From IMG/VR virus record IMGVR_UViG_3300030419_003817, positions 1-64,000 of that record: DNA of 64,000 bases; one strand, written 5' to 3'. Shown piece by piece: positions 59,935 through 64,000 of the stretch (positions within the stretch are counted from its first letter, which is position 1; each line of letters begins with the position of its first letter). The position numbers and the translations under genes were made by a program. The notes below the pieces were generated by a model that was not told where the DNA came from, did not search any database, and worked only from the letters and a program-made list of their open reading frames with translations. The stretch comes from a virus.

Positions 59935-62424
59935 TTATGGGTCGATACCACTGTCTGCTTCGTATGGTTCTCCCCCCGACCAAGAGAGTATGGTTGGACC
60001 GTATACTGTAATTGCAGTCCCTTCGTTTCCGTAGTTTGCTTGAGTGTCACCATACAAATTTGAGTTGAGTTGAACTGTAGGTCCATGCATAAGTATGGCA
60101 TTAGAGTTTCTTATGTACGACCCTGCCGCACTGTCTTGTCCTTCTTGTCCGTTACTTTTATAAACTTTCCATACCCATGCAGTGGCACTGTCAGCATCTA
60201 TTATACCACCATAATAATTTACGAGGGGATAGTGGTTAAAGGTATTATATAAAATAATCGCACCTTTAAGATGTGTCATTCCATGCGAATTGGCGATACC
60301 ATCACCAGCGTTATTATTTTGAATTCCAGAACCACTTATTAGAATATCTTTTATATAACTGAATCCTTGGTCGTGAGTATGTATTGCGAGGCCGCCGGGT
60401 TTTATTATTGCATCAAATTCACTGTCTAACTTTCCATTTCTTCGATTATACAAAGTTTGCATCCATGACTCTTGATAGGTGTTATATTTAGACACAAAAT
60501 CTGCGCCACTGTTATAAATCGTACCCAATCTATGGAATAGATTTCTTTTGAACCTAACACTACCCGAAGTCATTTCAACCGCAGTACCTGAAGTTTCACT
60601 TGTATTGTATTGTTCTCCATATAACATGGCAGAATCATTCATCATTGTTTCTGAATTTTCGTTTTGGAGTCTGTTATTCCCAAGTATTATTGAGCGATTT
60701 ATTGCTAATGAAGAATTACTAGTTGCTAAGTTAACCTTGCAGTTTGTTACTGTTGTATTATTTAATAAAAGTTTACCGCCGGTATCCAACCTCCATGCAC
60801 CATTAGAAGTTGAAAAACATGTGCCCATACTTTTAACAGTTCCCCCTGCAATATGAAGACTTTCATTTGTAAAATCTGTAAATGCTATATTAGGACCAAG
60901 ATTGTAGATGGTTGAATTTTCCCACACAACAAGTCCACCAAGAGAGACTCTATTGTTGGTTTTAGGATTTTTATATCCATAATCCTCCCCATTTGCAATC
61001 TTAGAATCATGTGTTGGTCTGAAGACAATATTATCTAATCTATGGAGTCCTGAATTTTTTGAAATTTGCATTCCAAAACCGCCTGTACTTTCCTCTCGAA
61101 GAGACCCGGTCTGTACAGGTGATACTTCAATATTTGGGTCAAACAAAAATACAGTTCGGAGTCCAGTTACGGTGAACTTACCGTGTGTTCTTCGTTCTCT
61201 TGCTCTTGTCGTTGGTGTAAAGAGTGCGCCGCCAGAATCTTCATCTTCCCAACCCACTGCTGGTCGAATAGTATTATCGGGTGGTTCTGGCATATATCCA
61301 ATCTTATCGTGTTGTTGCGTTGACGAGGGGGCATTGTGAAGATATGAATATTCGTTTCCATTTCCTGCTCCACTTTCTGTTACCTCTGAAGAGTTTTGAG
61401 AACATGGAGTTGGTCTATCATAATCATAGAGACCTGCTACTGGTGTATCGTCATAGTATACTCCTTCACCAGCAGTGTTTCGACCAGCACTATTGACTGC
61501 TTTATCGTAAGGATTTCTATTTGTGTTTTTATTTTCAAGTGTGATGCGACCAAATGTGTTACCAGTTGCTCCATCTAGACCTGGAACATTAGAACCAACA
61601 CCAATAACTTTATGACATCCTATTGCAAAAAATCTTTGTAACCAATTTTCTGGCTCTGCAAATCTTGGATATCTTAAATTGTGTAGTCTGTTTATTGGTC
61701 TACTTTGACTTGGTCTGTTCCATGTGTTGTTCTCTCCGGCCTTTGCAACTGAAGTATCTGTCATAGTTAATGCAGGATATGCTCCAGAATTACCTTCTCC
61801 GAAACTAGTGTCTGCATCGATATTAAAATCTGATTCATATGCACCAGAAAATCCTCTAACCAAAACATAATCATCAACTCCTAATGCACCAGTTGAACCT
61901 GCAACAGTACAAACCATTGCAAATCTTTCACCATATGCCTCTCCACCCGCAACACCATCGGCGTATAAAATATCCTCTACAGTAGTTCCAAGTCGATTTG
62001 ATGTTCTTCTCACACCAACAAACCCAGTGACAAGACCACCCTCAGTTGCACTTCCAAATTCTACAGTATCCCCCGTATAACCCGTTGTATCAACATAATC
62101 ATCTACACTTTCAAGGGTCATTTCTAGGGGAGTGGCGCCAACAATTGCAATTCTATTACCGCAAGCATGGTTTACAACAATTTGTTTTTCTATAGTATAC
62201 ACACCGGCCGCACAAGAGATTGTAACAATTGCATTTTCTGTGATGTAAATATCAGAGAGATAACTGAGTGCTTTGTGTACTGTTTTCCACGGAGAATCAA
62301 CAGACAAACCTGAATTTCGGTCATCATCCCCTTGCGGAGAAACATACAAAGTAAAGTCTTCGTCAATTGTTCTAACGAAACCTTTTACTGAGTTTAAATT
62401 GATTGCACTATATTCTATTGCCAT
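59935..62424 (-). CDS. Tail fibre/tailspike-like protein with C-terminal beta-helix
   Basis: LYVSPQGDD..SG....PWKT..KAL..L...I.....TI..AAGVY N-terminus; beta-helix-like C-terminal half. Confidence 0.7.
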   Translation of the reverse strand: MAIEYSAINLNSVKGFVRTIDEDFTLYVSPQGDDDRNSGLSVDSPWKTVHKALSYLSDIYITENAIVTISCAAGVYTIEKQIVVNHACGNRIAIVGATPLEMTLESVDDYVDTTGYTGDTVEFGSATEGGLVTGFVGVRRTSNRLGTTVEDILYADGVAGGEAYGERFAMVCTVAGSTGALGVDDYVLVRGFSGAYESDFNIDADTSFGEGNSGAYPALTMTDTSVAKAGENNTWNRPSQSRPINRLHNLRYPRFAEPENWLQRFFAIGCHKVIGVGSNVPGLDGATGNTFGRITLENKNTNRNPYDKAVNSAGRNTAGEGVYYDDTPVAGLYDYDRPTPCSQNSSEVTESGAGNGNEYSYLHNAPSSTQQHDKIGYMPEPPDNTIRPAVGWEDEDSGGALFTPTTRARERRTHGKFTVTGLRTVFLFDPNIEVSPVQTGSLREESTGGFGMQISKNSGLHRLDNIVFRPTHDSKIANGEDYGYKNPKTNNRVSLGGLVVWENSTIYNLGPNIAFTDFTNESLHIAGGTVKSMGTCFSTSNGAWRLDTGGKLLLNNTTVTNCKVNLATSNSSLAINRSIILGNNRLQNENSETMMNDSAMLYGEQYNTSETSGTAVEMTSGSVRFKRNLFHRLGTIYNSGADFVSKYNTYQESWMQTLYNRRNGKLDSEFDAIIKPGGLAIHTHDQGFSYIKDILISGSGIQNNNAGDGIANSHGMTHLKGAIILYNTFNHYPLVNYYGGIIDADSATAWVWKVYKSNGQEGQDSAAGSYIRNSNAILMHGPTVQLNSNLYGDTQANYGNEGTAITVYGPTILSWSGGEPYEADSGIDP

Positions 62425-62440
62425 TTGCGTCCTCTTGGAA

Positions 62441-62448
62441 TATTTATA
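62441..62448 (-). promoter_or_regulatory. T4 late promoter
   Basis: Exact TATAAATA 16 nt upstream of the ATG at 62424. Confidence 0.8.
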
Positions 62449-62781
62449 TTATGGTCTTGATGGCCATACAACATTTTCTGGTTTATTAAAGGTCTTTGTT
62501 ATATCTCGTACCTGTTGACGATATGCTCTCCATGCTGATTGGTCTCTAGCAGAGAGATTGTTGTCTGGAAGTTGTGTCCAATCTGAGTTTTTGAGAATTA
62601 ACCTAACTTGTGATTTAATTGTTGCCCATTCATCATCTTCTATAACTTCAACCTCTACAAGTCCTTGTTTTTGGAGATTTAAAAATTCTCTATAGTGTCT
62701 ATTTTCTGTATCGGTAGAAAATGTCATACCACTAGATTTACATGTGATACTTCCGTCTGAAAATTGTTTATATTTTTTCAT
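62449..62781 (-). CDS. Phage tail-fibre assembly chaperone
   Basis: NRHYREF, L..SDWTQLPD, WRAYRQ..RDI, WP.RP. Confidence 0.85.
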   Translation of the reverse strand: MKKYKQFSDGSITCKSSGMTFSTDTENRHYREFLNLQKQGLVEVEVIEDDEWATIKSQVRLILKNSDWTQLPDNNLSARDQSAWRAYRQQVRDITKTFNKPENVVWPSRP

Positions 62782-62791
62782 ATCTTATCTC

Positions 62792-64000
62792 CTATCCTAT
62801 CTCTGCATCTGCTTCAAAGTGATAAACAATTAAAGTGTCACCTTGTGTATAATTGCCAAGAGACACAGACGACTGAATAGTACCAAAACCAGATTCACTA
62901 CGATTACCTGCTGATGCAGTTACGAATTGACTTTGATAGTTTTCAGCATGTTGTACATAGATTCCACCCTCTTCACCATCCTTACCATACAAAGTAACTG
63001 TGGGTGCTACTCTTTTTCTTACTTCAAAAAGAGTTGGTTGGTGACATGTGTTATTTATTTGTGGGTCGGTAGCACCACGAAGACCACCACCATAACCTGT
63101 TGTGCTAGTTCCCGGCGAAACATCAACATCATAAGTTTTTTCATAATATCTTTGACACATTGCGAGTTCTACTTGTGTGTGTCGTTTTTCGAATGGAGAT
63201 GAGTCGTCACCTATTTCAAGTTGAATTTGTGCAAAGTCGATAGCACCAGTCAGTCCTGTCAACCCCAACATATCTGTAAGTTTTCCGTTTGATTTATTTT
63301 CTTCTGGTCCTGATGGTCCATGTGCTAACATGAAGATTGCATGTACCGTGTCAACAGTTCCAAGAGTACAACCCTCGAATGATGGGAATTTAAATTTTCT
63401 TTTAAATTTTTGCCAAGAAGGAGTAATTTCAATATCATCTCCAAGAATTCTAATTCGTTCTCTAAATCCATTACCAAGATTTGCAGTTGCACCTGTTGTC
63501 TCTGGAACAACATGCTCGTCTCCCACAGAACCATTTTGGTCTGGGTCGTATGCAACTCTACAACCAATTGTTGGATTTGTGATGTTGCCATGAGATTTTG
63601 CAAGAAAGGTTAGGTAACAAGTCGAGTCACTAAACTCAACTGTATTTGTATCAACTGCTTGACCAAAAATCAAGAAACCGTTTCCCATATCCATTGAGCA
63701 ACCAGTCACACCATCAATAGAATCACCATCAGAGGCGCCTACCGTAACTCTACAAAAATAATCACTAGGTTTTACACCCGATACCTCTGCTTGTGGATAT
63801 CCTAAAGTGAATCCTTCTCTAGTAACTTTAACTCTTGGCACAGTTGAATCCGTTCCAACTTCAAATGAACCATTACCCACAGTAAATCCAAGTCCAGTGG
63901 TAGCACGAACATAAAAACGGTCAGCACCATATGTTTCGCTAAATGCTTCAGAGAAACCACCAGATGTTGGTCCTGCTGTAGTTTTAAGTCCTCTTTGGAA
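62792..64000 (-). CDS. Tail-fibre-associated protein, 5' end outside the window
   Basis: Frame stays open to 64000 (FQRG...YGADRF); C-terminal QIQLEIG...PFE.R....ELAMCQRYYEK motif of phage fibre proteins. Confidence 0.78.
   Translation of the reverse strand, partial: FQRGLKTTAGPTSGGFSEAFSETYGADRFYVRATTGLGFTVGNGSFEVGTDSTVPRVKVTREGFTLGYPQAEVSGVKPSDYFCRVTVGASDGDSIDGVTGCSMDMGNGFLIFGQAVDTNTVEFSDSTCYLTFLAKSHGNITNPTIGCRVAYDPDQNGSVGDEHVVPETTGATANLGNGFRERIRILGDDIEITPSWQKFKRKFKFPSFEGCTLGTVDTVHAIFMLAHGPSGPEENKSNGKLTDMLGLTGLTGAIDFAQIQLEIGDDSSPFEKRHTQVELAMCQRYYEKTYDVDVSPGTSTTGYGGGLRGATDPQINNTCHQPTLFEVRKRVAPTVTLYGKDGEEGGIYVQHAENYQSQFVTASAGNRSESGFGTIQSSVSLGNYTQGDTLIVYHFEADAEIG

Overview
64 kb of a large T4-like myovirus genome (gene set and order resemble marine cyanophage/pelagiphage-type T4 relatives; the host cannot be identified from this window). 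Essentially all genes are on the minus strand and use the standard code. In transcription direction (64000 to 1) the order is: tail-fibre/receptor-binding genes; the virion module g13-g14-g15-g16-g17-g18-g19-g20-(g67)-g21-g22-g23-g3; then uvsY, dCMP deaminase, uvsW, g55, g47, g46; an EndoVII-family nuclease, a PLP enzyme and an amino-methyltransferase; rnh; and g45-g44-g62-regA interleaved with sugar epimerases and GroES. After regA comes a ~21 kb, 24-gene glycan-biosynthesis island: about 13 glycosyltransferase-like genes, an N-formyl amino-sugar pathway, a sulfotransferase, an FkbM methyltransferase and a type II glutamine synthetase. A displaced fibre-like cassette, dUTPase, Nmad1 and the family B DNA polymerase g43 (truncated by the window edge) close the window. 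Main hypothesis (inference, untested): a phage-encoded virion O-glycosylation system. Many structural proteins carry inserted G-x-T-(G/A) motifs that replication enzymes lack, and these may be acceptor sequons for the island's GT2-TPR transferase. Secondary candidates are a PLP-enzyme/methyltransferase DNA-modification pair, an antisense sigma70 promoter inside the late operon, and leaderless promoters. All product calls come from motif recognition by eye; no database search was run.
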